NCBI GenBank assembly: GCA_012517855.1
Contig: JAAYUD010000114.1
Coordinates: 13,217 to 77,216 of the forward strand
DNA: 64,000 nucleotides
Source of the DNA: Bacteroidales bacterium
GTDB taxonomy: Bacteria > Bacteroidota > Bacteroidia > Bacteroidales > Bacteroidaceae
Direction: 5' to 3'
The notes under the pieces are model-generated. The model saw only the letters and a program-made list of their open reading frames with translations, had not been told where the DNA came from and did no database searches. Made by a program: the position numbers and the translations under genes. This document shows positions 37,546 to 48,200 of this stretch, one piece after another (the first letter of the stretch is position 1; the number at the start of each line of letters is the position of its first letter).

Positions 37546-38448
37546 ATGAAACCAACTTTATTTGTACTTGCCGCCGGCATGGGTAGCCGTTACGGTGGTC
37601 TCAAACAACTTGACGGACTAGGTCCCAACGGAGAGACCATTATGGATTATTCTATTTTCGATGCTATCCGAGGCGGTTTCGGGAAAGTAGTCTTTGTGAT
37701 ACGCAAAGATTTCGAAGACGATTTTCGTGGCAAAATTCTAAGTAAATATGAAGGACATATTCCTACCGAACTTGTTTTTCAAGAAATAGATGCCCTTCCG
37801 ACAGGTTTCAAATGCCCAACCGAGCGCGTTAAGCCTTGGGGCACAAATCATGCCGTATTAATGGGAAAAAATGTAATCAAAGAACCATTTGCCGTAATCA
37901 ATTCCGACGACTTCTATGGACGCGATAGTTTTGCTGTTCTTGGCAAAGCACTGTCACAAATGAATGGCAAGAAAGACGACTACTGCATGGTGGGTTACAG
38001 AGTGAGCAACACTCTAAGCGAAAACGGCAGTGTTGCACGTGGAGAATGCCGCACCGAAAACGGATATCTAACCAGCGTTATAGAGCGGACTTCTATTGAC
38101 CGCATCGATGGCAAAATCATGTACAAAGATGAAGAAGGCAAAATGATAGAAATTGCTGAAAATACACCCGTTTCGATGAACATGTGGGGATTCACTCCAG
38201 ACTACTTCGCCTACTCAGAAGAATACTTTAAAGACTTCCTCAAAGAGAATATCAATAAGCCAAAAGCTGAATATTTCATTCCATTGATGGTAAACAAACT
38301 GATCAACGACGGCACAGCGAAAGTTAAAGTACTCGACACTACCAGTAAATGGTTCGGTGTGACCTATGCTGCGGATCGCGAAGGTGTAGTGAACAAAATA
38401 AATGCACTGATCGAAGCTGGAGAATATCCTAGTTGCCTGTTCAAATAA
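37546..38448 (+). CDS. Sugar-phosphate nucleotidyltransferase family protein
   Basis: N-terminal LAAGMGSRYGGLKQL (GxGxR nucleotidyltransferase loop). Confidence 0.6.
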   Translation: MKPTLFVLAAGMGSRYGGLKQLDGLGPNGETIMDYSIFDAIRGGFGKVVFVIRKDFEDDFRGKILSKYEGHIPTELVFQEIDALPTGFKCPTERVKPWGTNHAVLMGKNVIKEPFAVINSDDFYGRDSFAVLGKALSQMNGKKDDYCMVGYRVSNTLSENGSVARGECRTENGYLTSVIERTSIDRIDGKIMYKDEEGKMIEIAENTPVSMNMWGFTPDYFAYSEEYFKDFLKENINKPKAEYFIPLMVNKLINDGTAKVKVLDTTSKWFGVTYAADREGVVNKINALIEAGEYPSCLFK

Positions 38449-38540
38449 GATCAATCTCTTTCTAAGGAAAAAGCTAAATTACCTTATCCACTCAATAGTG
38501 ACAATAAGTACAATAACTATAATGGTAGTCCATTGCACAA

Positions 38541-38576
38541 AGTAGACAGACACAAAAGTCTGCCTACTTTTATTTT
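38541..38576 (+). terminator. Rho-independent terminator
   Basis: Stem AGTAGACAGAC / GTCTGCCTACT followed by TTTATTTT. Confidence 0.7.
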
Positions 38577-38656
38577 ACACCTCTGTTACTTAACTAAGTT
38601 TGGCTCACTGGCAAAATCAGGGGAGGGTATGCATAAAATTCCATCTTTATAATATC

Positions 38657-38870
38657 CTTTGCCACCGCCGTATGACACCATACCGTACTGCCTCACAGCA
38701 GGTTAATGATGCGCCGTATACAACGCCAGCGAAAAGAGAGCTCAAAATCGCATTGAGAGCATGTTGTGGAACCGTTATTTTCAGCGGACCTTTGTTTAGA
38801 ATGATTCTAAACGACAGCCTACAGATAGCCGAAGGACCTATTTGCAAATAAACGAGTATGATCCCATCCA
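38657..38870 (-). repeat. Conserved ~214-nt element, copy 2 (inverted relative to copy 1)
   Basis: Its reverse complement aligns with 5949-6162. Shared blocks include TTTTCGCTGGCGTTGTATACGG and GGTGTCATACGG-GGTGGCAAAGG. Confidence 0.8.
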
Positions 38871-39138
38871 TCTTTGATAAGTATCTCATTCTCGAAGAAA
38901 GACGGCAGGCAAACAAATGCAATAACCCCTCGGAAATTGCTTTTACATCCACCTTTGTCGGCTTCGATATTTTGTTCAAATTCCCCGCAGACTTCCTCAA
39001 ACTTCATCATTGTCACGTTCAACACTTGCACATATGATATGGTTTCTGTCCTTTTTTCAAAAAGGACGTATCTTACCGGCAAAAATTGATTGTTCCCATA
39101 GATTGGTTGTTTAAAGTTTAGTTTGTAATTAAGGCCCG

Positions 39139-39229
39139 GACGTCTCACACGTGTGCGACATCTGTATCACACGTGTGAGACAATTGTCGCACAGCTGTGA
39201 GACGTCTGTCGCATTCGTGTGAGACGTCT
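39139..39229. repeat. Composite palindrome B (inverted unit + three direct units at 22-nt period)
   Basis: GTCTCACACGTGTGCGACA (39142-39160). Then TGTATCACACGTGTGAGAC, TGTCGCACAGCTGTGAGAC and TGTCGCATTCGTGTGAGAC start at 39163, 39185 and 39207. Confidence 0.9.
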
Positions 39230-39531
39230 ATTTTAGACCTACGAAGCTATAGTACCACAAGTAAGTTATTAGTAACATACTCATTACAGGCCACTTAACC
39301 ACAGTATTTTTACAGATGATTCGTTTTGTAAGTAAGTGAACTTGCAAAAACGCTATATTTAAAGGATTATAAAATATATTGAGCAAGTATCTTTTTTACA
39401 TTTTGTCGCAAAACCGTGCCATCATCTAATAATTTTAAGCCAAAGAGCTAGCTTTTATTTTCAGATTTTCTTTATTTAGAATTCTTATTATAAAAACATC
39501 TTATATATTATTTTATTTCACAATAAATTAT

Positions 39532-39539
39532 TAGCTTTG
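39532..39539 (+). promoter_or_regulatory. Candidate -7 promoter box
   Basis: TAGCTTTG matches TAnnTTTG, 47 nt upstream of ATG 39587. Confidence 0.45.
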
Positions 39540-39586
39540 TTGAACTGAAAAAGACAAACCTATTAAATATAATAAATAATTAATTT

Positions 39587-41050
39587 ATGAGCACATCTAT
39601 TTTATCATTAGAACCCAAACTGATTTGGAAAGAATTCCATGCACTAACTCAAATACCTCGTCCATCAGGACATACAGAGGCTGTTGCTAACTACTTAGTA
39701 AAATTCGCTCACGATCTAGGACTCGAAAGCTTCATCGATGATGCAGGTAATGTGATTATGAAAAAGCCGGCTACCCCCGGAATGGAAAATCGCAAGACTT
39801 GCATTCTGCAAGCGCACATGGATATGGTTCCTCAAAAGGGGTCAGACTCTAAACATAACTTCGAGACAGATCCTATCGAAACAATAGTAGATGGCGATTG
39901 GTTGAAAGCTAACGATACCACCCTTGGCGCAGACGACGGACTAGGAGTTGCAGCTATAATGGCTGTAATGGAAGAAAAAGACATCAAACACGGCCCATTG
40001 GTAGCATTGATCACTCGTGACGAAGAGACAGGCATGTATGGTGCTTTTGGACTGAAAAAAGGGACTATAGACGGCGACATTCTCCTCAATCTCGATTCGG
40101 AAGACGAAGGACAACTCTTTATCGGCTGTGCGGGCGGTATTGACATTATAGCCTCTTTGGAATACAAAGAAGTAGAGCCATGCAAGGAATGCGTAGCAAT
40201 CAAAGCTCAAATAAAAGGCTTACGTGGCGGTCACTCAGGTTTGGAAATCAACGAAGGCCGTGCTAATGCTAATAAACTTATGGTACGTTTTGTATATGAT
40301 GCCATTGCAAAATTAGGCGCCAAGCTAGCTAGCTGGGAAGGTGGTAACATGCGTAATGCAATTCCTCGCGAGGCTCATGTAACCATGCTTGTTCCACCAG
40401 CTAATGAGGACAAATTAAAAGAATTAGCTGCCAAATACGAGAAACTGTTCAATGAAGAATTTAAAGGTATAGAAGAAGGTATTACATTCCATGTAGAAGG
40501 GACGGAAAAGCCTAAAGGCATTGTTCCTCAAGAAATTCAAGACAATCTTGTTGACGCTATTTATGCTTGTCAGAATGGGGTAACCAGAATGATACCATCT
40601 ATGATGGATACCGTTGAAACTTCATCCAATTTAGCTATCATCACTATCGGAGAAGGTAAAGCTTCATTCCAAATATTGGCTCGTAGTTCAAACGATGATA
40701 TGAAAGAATATCTTACACGTAGTCTGACTGCTTGTTTCAACATGGCTGGAATGAAAGTTGAAACCGAAGGCGGATATTCTGGTTGGCAACCGGATTTCGA
40801 TTCCCCCATTCTTGCCGCTATGGTAAAATCTTACAAGGAACAATTCGGTACCGACGCTAAAGTTGTTGTTGTTCATGCCGGACTGGAATGTGCAGTTATT
40901 GGTGCAGTAGTTGATGGTCTGGATATGATTTCATTCGGACCTACACTTCGTTCTCCGCATACACCATCCGAAAAAGCCAATATTCCTACCACTAAAAAAT
41001 TCTATGAATTTCTGGTAGCTACGCTGGCCAATACTCCTGTAAAAAAATAA
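39587..41050 (+). CDS. pepD: Aminoacyl-histidine dipeptidase (M20 family, PepD-like)
   Basis: 487 aa. N-terminus LEPKLIWKEFHALTQIPRPSGH and M20 metal-ligand blocks (HMDMV, DDG, DEETG). Confidence 0.85.
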   Translation: MSTSILSLEPKLIWKEFHALTQIPRPSGHTEAVANYLVKFAHDLGLESFIDDAGNVIMKKPATPGMENRKTCILQAHMDMVPQKGSDSKHNFETDPIETIVDGDWLKANDTTLGADDGLGVAAIMAVMEEKDIKHGPLVALITRDEETGMYGAFGLKKGTIDGDILLNLDSEDEGQLFIGCAGGIDIIASLEYKEVEPCKECVAIKAQIKGLRGGHSGLEINEGRANANKLMVRFVYDAIAKLGAKLASWEGGNMRNAIPREAHVTMLVPPANEDKLKELAAKYEKLFNEEFKGIEEGITFHVEGTEKPKGIVPQEIQDNLVDAIYACQNGVTRMIPSMMDTVETSSNLAIITIGEGKASFQILARSSNDDMKEYLTRSLTACFNMAGMKVETEGGYSGWQPDFDSPILAAMVKSYKEQFGTDAKVVVVHAGLECAVIGAVVDGLDMISFGPTLRSPHTPSEKANIPTTKKFYEFLVATLANTPVKK

Positions 41051-41092
41051 TCGATTATAAAAGGAGCTTTACCAAAAGCTTTTAATTTAGAA

Positions 41093-41136
41093 TTTCACCC
41101 TTGCTACAGGCATCTGCAGCAAGGGTGAAATTTTAT
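41093..41136 (+). terminator. Rho-independent terminator after pepD
   Basis: 17-bp stem (one mismatch) TTTCACCCTTGCTACAG / CTGCAGCAAGGGTGAAA, 4-nt loop, then TTTTAT. Confidence 0.8.
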
Positions 41137-41328
41137 ATGATAATACCCAAACGCCCTTTAAACGAACGACTAACATACGCACAATCACAAAACGGCATCT
41201 TAACTTAATAGTAGTTCAATGCGCCAAACTTGCTGCATCTAATTTTCATATCTATACACAAAAGCAGCAAATATTAAGTATATATATACTTTTCGCGATA
41301 AAAAGTTGCATTATTAAAAAGAATAGCA

Positions 41329-41336
41329 TACTTTTG
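41329..41336 (+). promoter_or_regulatory. Candidate -7 promoter box of the peptidase/SusCD operon
   Basis: TACTTTTG matches TAnnTTTG, 41 nt upstream of ATG 41378. Confidence 0.45.
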
Positions 41337-41377
41337 TTAACTCGAATTAAAGAATATAGTTCAAACTACTGCCAAAA

Positions 41378-42937
41378 ATGAAAAAAAAACTCAACGTAGC
41401 ATTCATTGCTATCGCTATCCTTTGCTTTTCCCCTTTTAATGGAAAAGCTCAAACTAGTCACAAAAATCAGTTATTACAATGGTATAAAACCTACAATGAT
41501 AGCACACATGGTGCTAACATCGATGAAGCTTTTAAATTTCTGGAACAGAACAAGCGAACTCATCCAAAAGAAATTATCGTAGGTATTATTGATTCCGGTA
41601 TCGACACTTTGTCTACCGATTTGAAAGATGCACTTTGGACCAATCGAAAAGAGAAACTAGATGGAAAAGATAACGACAAAAATGGATATATAGATGATAT
41701 ACACGGCTGGAACTTTTTAGGAACAAAAGACAAAAGTTTTAACATGATCAGTGCCGGAACAGAAGAATTCAGACAGTTCAAGCGCCTATATCCAAAATAT
41801 AAAAATCTGACAAGAGAAACAGCGACAGATAAAGCTGAGTTTGATTTTTATGAAAAAATGAAGAAAAAAGCCGGTATTGAGAGCTACATTAAATTCTATC
41901 AATACAATATCCTAAAATTGAATGCTATCCAAAAAATGGATTCAATTTTAAGAAAAACGTCCAATATAAACAGAGATACGTTAACGGTCAAAACTCTTAT
42001 GAGCCTTCCTATTAAAGAAAAAGAATGGGAAAGCAGTACCGAAATGATACTGGCAGATCTATTGCAAAGCGATAAAGACGAGCTATGGAAAGAGCTAGCA
42101 ATAAATAAAGAAAAAGAGCTAGCCACTATCAAGAAGCGGATAGATAGCATTGAACGAGAACCCGACAAGCGCTTGCTTATGGGTGATAATTTAGGAGATG
42201 CATCCGACCGTTTTTATGGCAATCCAGTTCTACAAGTAGAAGGTTACGATCACGGGACTTTTATTGCAGGGGTGATTGCGGGGCAAGGCATCATAAATAA
42301 AGATTACAAAGGCGTTTATCCAGAAGCCAAACTAATGATATTGCGTTCTAGTCCTAACGGTGACGAATATGACAAGGACATCGCGTCGGCCATCAGATAT
42401 GCTGTAGAGAACGGAGCAAAAGTAATTAATATGAGTTTGGGCAAGTATACATCTCCAAATCCACAAATGGTGAATGATGCTATCGCCTACGCAGCCCAAA
42501 AAGACGTTATCATTGTTCAAGCAGCAGGAAACAATGGCAAAGATCTTGACGCGATAGACTATTTTCCTACAGGAAAAGACAAGAAAGATATCTTATATCC
42601 GAACTTTATTCGCGTAGGTTCTACCGATAGAAAGGGAAAAATATGTCGATTCTCCAATTATGGAAAGAATACAGTACAAATATATGCTCCAGGAGAAGAT
42701 ATCATTTCTGTTATGCCCGGCAATGAATATGCCGCTTCTCAAGGCACAAGCATTTCGGCACCTATCGTCTGTGGTATCGCTGCTATGCTAAGAGCCTATT
42801 TCCCGAAATTAAAAGCAGTTCAAATTGTAGATATCATAGAAAAAAGTGGATATTCAACAAATAATCCAGCAAAGAATAATATAAAATGCATAAATGCTTT
42901 AACAGCGGTAAAGCTAGCCATGACATATAAGAAGTAA
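41378..42937 (+). CDS. S8 family (subtilisin-like) serine peptidase, secreted
   Basis: Signal peptide; catalytic blocks GIIDSGID (Asp), HGTFIAGVIAG (His), GTSISAPIV (Ser). Confidence 0.9.
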   Translation: MKKKLNVAFIAIAILCFSPFNGKAQTSHKNQLLQWYKTYNDSTHGANIDEAFKFLEQNKRTHPKEIIVGIIDSGIDTLSTDLKDALWTNRKEKLDGKDNDKNGYIDDIHGWNFLGTKDKSFNMISAGTEEFRQFKRLYPKYKNLTRETATDKAEFDFYEKMKKKAGIESYIKFYQYNILKLNAIQKMDSILRKTSNINRDTLTVKTLMSLPIKEKEWESSTEMILADLLQSDKDELWKELAINKEKELATIKKRIDSIEREPDKRLLMGDNLGDASDRFYGNPVLQVEGYDHGTFIAGVIAGQGIINKDYKGVYPEAKLMILRSSPNGDEYDKDIASAIRYAVENGAKVINMSLGKYTSPNPQMVNDAIAYAAQKDVIIVQAAGNNGKDLDAIDYFPTGKDKKDILYPNFIRVGSTDRKGKICRFSNYGKNTVQIYAPGEDIISVMPGNEYAASQGTSISAPIVCGIAAMLRAYFPKLKAVQIVDIIEKSGYSTNNPAKNNIKCINALTAVKLAMTYKK

Positions 42938-42939
42938 CT

Positions 42940-45219
42940 ATGAAGAGATTTTATTTATTTAGTATTGCTTTAATTCTTTCATCTTTCTCTTTTGCGCAAA
43001 AAATTGACTGGAAGCGCATAGAATCTATTTCATCAGACGGATTGTCGTCGGCCTACTCTGACGTCTCAATTTACCCGAATTGGATAGGAAAATCAGACTA
43101 CATAAGCTATAACGTAAAAGAGAACAATACCAATGTTTACTACTTAATTAGTGCACGGACAGGCAAGAAAGAAAGACTAATAAAAGACATAGCAAGTTTT
43201 TGTCAACAATATCAGTCTATTACCAGTGACACAACCATAAATAAAAACGACTTCAAAATATACGGATTTGTTATAAAGGATAACGATCCCAGTTGCTTCT
43301 ATTGGGAGAAGAAAAACAAATGGATGGTATACGACCGCAAAACGGGAATACTCAGATTAGGCAAATCTCCAAATAAAAAAGAAGAAAATAATACAAGATA
43401 TCGTTTTAGTGACACATCCCACACTTCCGATTCGATCTTTACCATACTAGGGAGTGGATACAATTTATTTGTTCGCAACAACCAAACAAAATCCATTCAT
43501 CAAATAACGTTTGATGGTAAAGAAGGGAATAGCTATACAAATCGATTCGCCAAAGATACTTTAGAGACAAATACAAAAGGGCAATGGATAGGACATCGTT
43601 ACATATGCATGATGCAAGATGTAAGCGAGATAAAGGACCTATACATTATAAATTCACTGGACAAACCACGTCCTACCCTGAGAACAGTAAAGATGCCTAT
43701 GCCCGGCGATTCGGGAATAAAAAGGTTCAGCATATGGTGGTACAATGCAGATACTAATGAAGGCAAATTACTGCCTATCGACAAATACCCCGATCAATTC
43801 ATCGATCGAGATTCCCATTACATTAACAACTACCTATACTTCACAAGGAGAAGCCGAAAAGCTGATAAAATAGATCTTTGTAGAGTCGATATAACAACAG
43901 GTAAAGTACAAGAACTCATCACTGAGGAATGCAAGCCCCACATGAATCTAACCTTATTTAATTATAAGCTAGTAAAACAAGGTGATAAAATCATCTGGTG
44001 GTCTGAAAGGACGGGAAAAGGAAATTACTATCTATACGACAGTAATGGTAAATTCCTAAATCGCATAACCCAAGGTGATAATTTGGTAGCAGGCAACATA
44101 GCCAATATAGATACGATAAAAAATGAGATCATATTTGCAGCTTATGGTAGTTTAAAAGGAATCAACCCTTATTACACTCACTATTATAAGGTGAAATTGA
44201 ACGGAAAAGAGCAGACGCTACTTACCCCTGGCAATGGAGATCATGAGATAAGCTTTTCTGCTAACATGAAATATGCTATAGATCAATATTCCAGAATGGA
44301 TATGCCTTCTCATTATAACGTAATCAACCTTAACAATCCACAGAAAGCTTTTCTATTTGGCAAAATAAATGATGCCAGCTTAAAAGAAGCCGGATGGAGG
44401 CCTCCAGTATTAATCAAGCTCAAAGCAGCCGATAAAAAGACAGACTTATATGGAATCATGTATCTCCCGTCGAATCTGGATGTGAACAAGAAATATCCGA
44501 TCATTTCAAATGTATATCCGGGACCTCAAGACGACCAAATACCTAAATCTTTTACAATAGATGATAATGGAAACCAAAGTTTAGCAGAACTTGGATTCGT
44601 TGTGATCAATGTAGCAGATAGAGGAAGTTCTCCTTGGCGAGGACATGATTTTTATTGTTTTAGCTACGGTAACCTAAGAGATTATCCCTTAGCAGACGAC
44701 AAATACGTAATAGAACAATTGGCAAAAGAATATTCTTACATCGATTTGGATCGTGTAGGTATTTACGGACACTCAGGTGGTGGTTTTCAAACTGTAGCAG
44801 CGATGCTTACATATCCCGATTTTTATAAAGTGGGAGTAGCAGCATCAGGGAATCATGATAATAACATTTACATTCAATGGTGGGGCGAAACTTTCCATGG
44901 ATTGGAAGAGAAGACTGATTCCACAACAGGCAAAGTACGTTTTTCGTCACATATTCCGACCAATATGGAATTGGCTGGCAATTTGAAAGGGCGTCTATTG
45001 CTTTGCACCGGAGACGTTGACGACAATGTTCCCTGCTCTTCGACACTGAGAATGGCAAATGCATTGATAGAAAAGAACAAACGCTTTGACATGTTCATCT
45101 TCCCGGGGAAAGACCACGGAGTAATGTGTCCCTATTACCAAAACTTAATCCGTTATTACTTTGTAGAGAATCTGATAAATCCGACTACCAGAGACATGGA
45201 TATTGTTAATCATAAATAA
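42940..45219 (+). CDS. S9 family peptidase, dipeptidyl-peptidase IV-like
   Basis: Signal peptide, long beta-propeller-like N-terminal region, C-terminal alpha/beta hydrolase with GHSGGG nucleophile elbow. Confidence 0.85.
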   Translation: MKRFYLFSIALILSSFSFAQKIDWKRIESISSDGLSSAYSDVSIYPNWIGKSDYISYNVKENNTNVYYLISARTGKKERLIKDIASFCQQYQSITSDTTINKNDFKIYGFVIKDNDPSCFYWEKKNKWMVYDRKTGILRLGKSPNKKEENNTRYRFSDTSHTSDSIFTILGSGYNLFVRNNQTKSIHQITFDGKEGNSYTNRFAKDTLETNTKGQWIGHRYICMMQDVSEIKDLYIINSLDKPRPTLRTVKMPMPGDSGIKRFSIWWYNADTNEGKLLPIDKYPDQFIDRDSHYINNYLYFTRRSRKADKIDLCRVDITTGKVQELITEECKPHMNLTLFNYKLVKQGDKIIWWSERTGKGNYYLYDSNGKFLNRITQGDNLVAGNIANIDTIKNEIIFAAYGSLKGINPYYTHYYKVKLNGKEQTLLTPGNGDHEISFSANMKYAIDQYSRMDMPSHYNVINLNNPQKAFLFGKINDASLKEAGWRPPVLIKLKAADKKTDLYGIMYLPSNLDVNKKYPIISNVYPGPQDDQIPKSFTIDDNGNQSLAELGFVVINVADRGSSPWRGHDFYCFSYGNLRDYPLADDKYVIEQLAKEYSYIDLDRVGIYGHSGGGFQTVAAMLTYPDFYKVGVAASGNHDNNIYIQWWGETFHGLEEKTDSTTGKVRFSSHIPTNMELAGNLKGRLLLCTGDVDDNVPCSSTLRMANALIEKNKRFDMFIFPGKDHGVMCPYYQNLIRYYFVENLINPTTRDMDIVNHK

Positions 45220-45233
45220 ATTAGTGCGTAAGT

Positions 45234-48200
45234 ATGAACAAATTGAAATTCATTTTATTTTTGTGCGTTTGCTTCATTTCAATATCGCTATTTTCACAAC
45301 AAAACACAGGGAAAAAGAATGACGCCATGATATTGGTGAAAGTTGTTGTTGTAGACAAACAAGGCGATCCTCTACCGGGAGCATCCGTAAAAGTTTCAGG
45401 AAAAGCCCAAGGAGTCATTTCTGATGACAAGGGGCGATTATCCTTATGGGTCGACAGAAACTCTTTGCTCGTCTTTTCGTATATAGGCATGCAACAAAAG
45501 AGTATAAAAGTCACCAAACCATTATCGGGTGTCATAACTCTTGAAGACAATGTTGTAAGTCTGGATCAAGTGGTAGTAACGGGGTATACTCGAACAACGA
45601 AGCGCCGAACCACAGGCTCTCTAGCAACTTTGTCAGAGAAAGATCTAAAGACGGCTCCTATGGCAAATATAGATATGTTACTGCAAGGAAAAATAGCAGG
45701 TGTAGATGTCAAAGCCATTTCGGGTAGACCGGGAGAAACAGCTAAGATACGAATAAGAGGAACAAACACGATAACAGGTAATGCTGAACCTTTATGGGTG
45801 GTAGACGGAGTTCCCTTACAACGGGATATTCCAAAAATATCAAGCAGTCAAATTCTCGCGAATAATTTTAATGATATCTTCTCCAATGGCATTGCAGGAA
45901 TAAATCCTAATGATATTGAAAATGTAACGGTCTTAAAAGATGCTTCTGCCGCAGCAATCTATGGTTCCAGAGCTGCCGGTGGTGTCATTGTGATTACCAC
46001 TAAAAGAGGAAAAGAAGGCAAAATGAATATCAGTTACTCGGCAAATATGTCGATCGTAACGAGCCCTCCTCATAATGCGGACCTCATGAATTCAAAAGAG
46101 AAATTGGCATGGGAACAAGAACTATGGAATGAATTTTCTCAATCACATTATGCCAATGGAGAGAAATATCCTGTAGTAGGAATTGTAGGAATGATTCGTG
46201 CCGGATATGGGAAATATAGAGGTATGACCGGAACTCAACAAGATGCAGAAATTGCAAACCTAGGAGCGCATACCACAGATTGGTTCAAAGAATTATTCCA
46301 AAACTCCATTTCGCAAAGCCACTATTTATCATTCTCCGGCGGTTCAAACAGAAGTACTTACTATGTGTCGCTAGGTGTATCGCAAAACAACGGTTTAGTC
46401 AAAAAAACTAATTACGATCGATACAACATGAGCGCAAAAATAGATATGAAACCAAACGATAGGGTCAAACTTGGATTTTCCTTCGACATGTCAATGCAGA
46501 AATCCACTTCCCCATCTCTCAATGTAGATCCGTTTCAATATGCGTACTTTGCCAATCCATACGAAAGGCCTTTCAATAGCGACGGCTCATACGCAGCCGA
46601 CAACACCTATTTCGCCCTCCGAATGGCCAATGGGGCATACGATTTACCACAACCTCCGAGTGGATATAATATTTTCAGAGAAATGGACACAACTTCCAGC
46701 AAAAGCAAAAACTTCACAAGTTCAGTAATTGGAAATCTGGATATACGCATGACCGATAATTTAAGTTTTGAAGGTATGGCTTCATACGGATATGTAGTCA
46801 ATAACTCGGATAACATTAATGGAAAAGAATCGAATGCAGCATGGAACGACCGTCCTTTTGACAGTGGTTCATTTACATCCAAAAGAACTTATGGATCCAT
46901 AGCGCAAGCGTCTTCATACAACACTAATTATAATTTGAGAGGACAGCTGCATTATTTCAATACCTTCAAAAACGATCATTACATCAGCGTATTGCTTGGT
47001 AGTGAAATCAGGGGACAATATACCAAAAGTATTTACGAAAAACGGTATGGATACGACCCTGTTTCCGGTAATTCATCCATGCCAACCTATCCGGAAAATG
47101 CCAACCCTAGTTATTCCGATTTACTTTCATACGCTGCCATAATGGATGCACTGTCAGGTCAAAGCATCTCTGAAGATGCATTTGCTTCTTTCTATTTCTC
47201 TATGGACTATGTATTCAAACAACGCTATGTGGCCAGTTTGACTATGAGAACAGACGGTTCCAACAATTTTGGTAGCAAAGAACAATTCAATCCAACCGGT
47301 TCTTTCGGCCTTTCTTGGAATATCGACCAAGAGCCTTTCATGAAAAAGTTTAAGCCCATAATCAGTAGCATGTCAATGCGCACGGCATTCGGTTATACGG
47401 GTAATATCAACAAGAGTGTCTACCCTCAACTGGTAATGGACTATGAATCGACCTTCCGTAAGACAGATATAGACTATTATAGAATGGGAAGCATTAGGAA
47501 TGCTCCCAATCCACGTCTTCGCTGGGAAAAGAATAGAGATATGAAAGTATCATTGGATATCGGTTTATTCAACGAACGCATTCATGTGCAAGGTGAGTTA
47601 TATGATCGTCGAACCAGCGATGCTGTGACAACCATAACAGTACCATCGACAACCGGATTTTCTTCGCAAAGCTATAATACTTCCGAGCTATTAAATCAAG
47701 GTGCGGAATTGTCTTTATCAGCGCATATCATAAAAAGCAGTAATTGGGATCTTTCGATGAGTGCCAATCTTTCCTATAACAGGAACAAACTCTTAAAGTT
47801 CAACTCCCCCTCATCAGGCCTATATGCTGGAAATTATGTAGGGTATCCTCTAGGCTCTATCTTCAGTGGCAAAATGATGGGAATTGATAGAAAATTAGGT
47901 ATTTATACTTACCAAGCTCGTCCGGATGCCGTATTCTCCACCCCGGCTGACAGAAACAATGCGGATAACTATTTGTTTTATTTAGGTACGTCTACAGCTC
48001 CTACAAATGGAGGTTATTCTATTAACCTATCCTACAAGCGCTTATCCATCAACATGGGAGGTTCTTATTCTTTTGGCGGAAAGGTTCTAGAAGATGTCAG
48101 TAGCCCCGTATCCTATTCAAGCATTTCGGGTACTGTAGTAGAGCCGATTCCTGCTAGAATAAACGATTTATACGTCAACCACTTAAACGTATCGCGCAAT

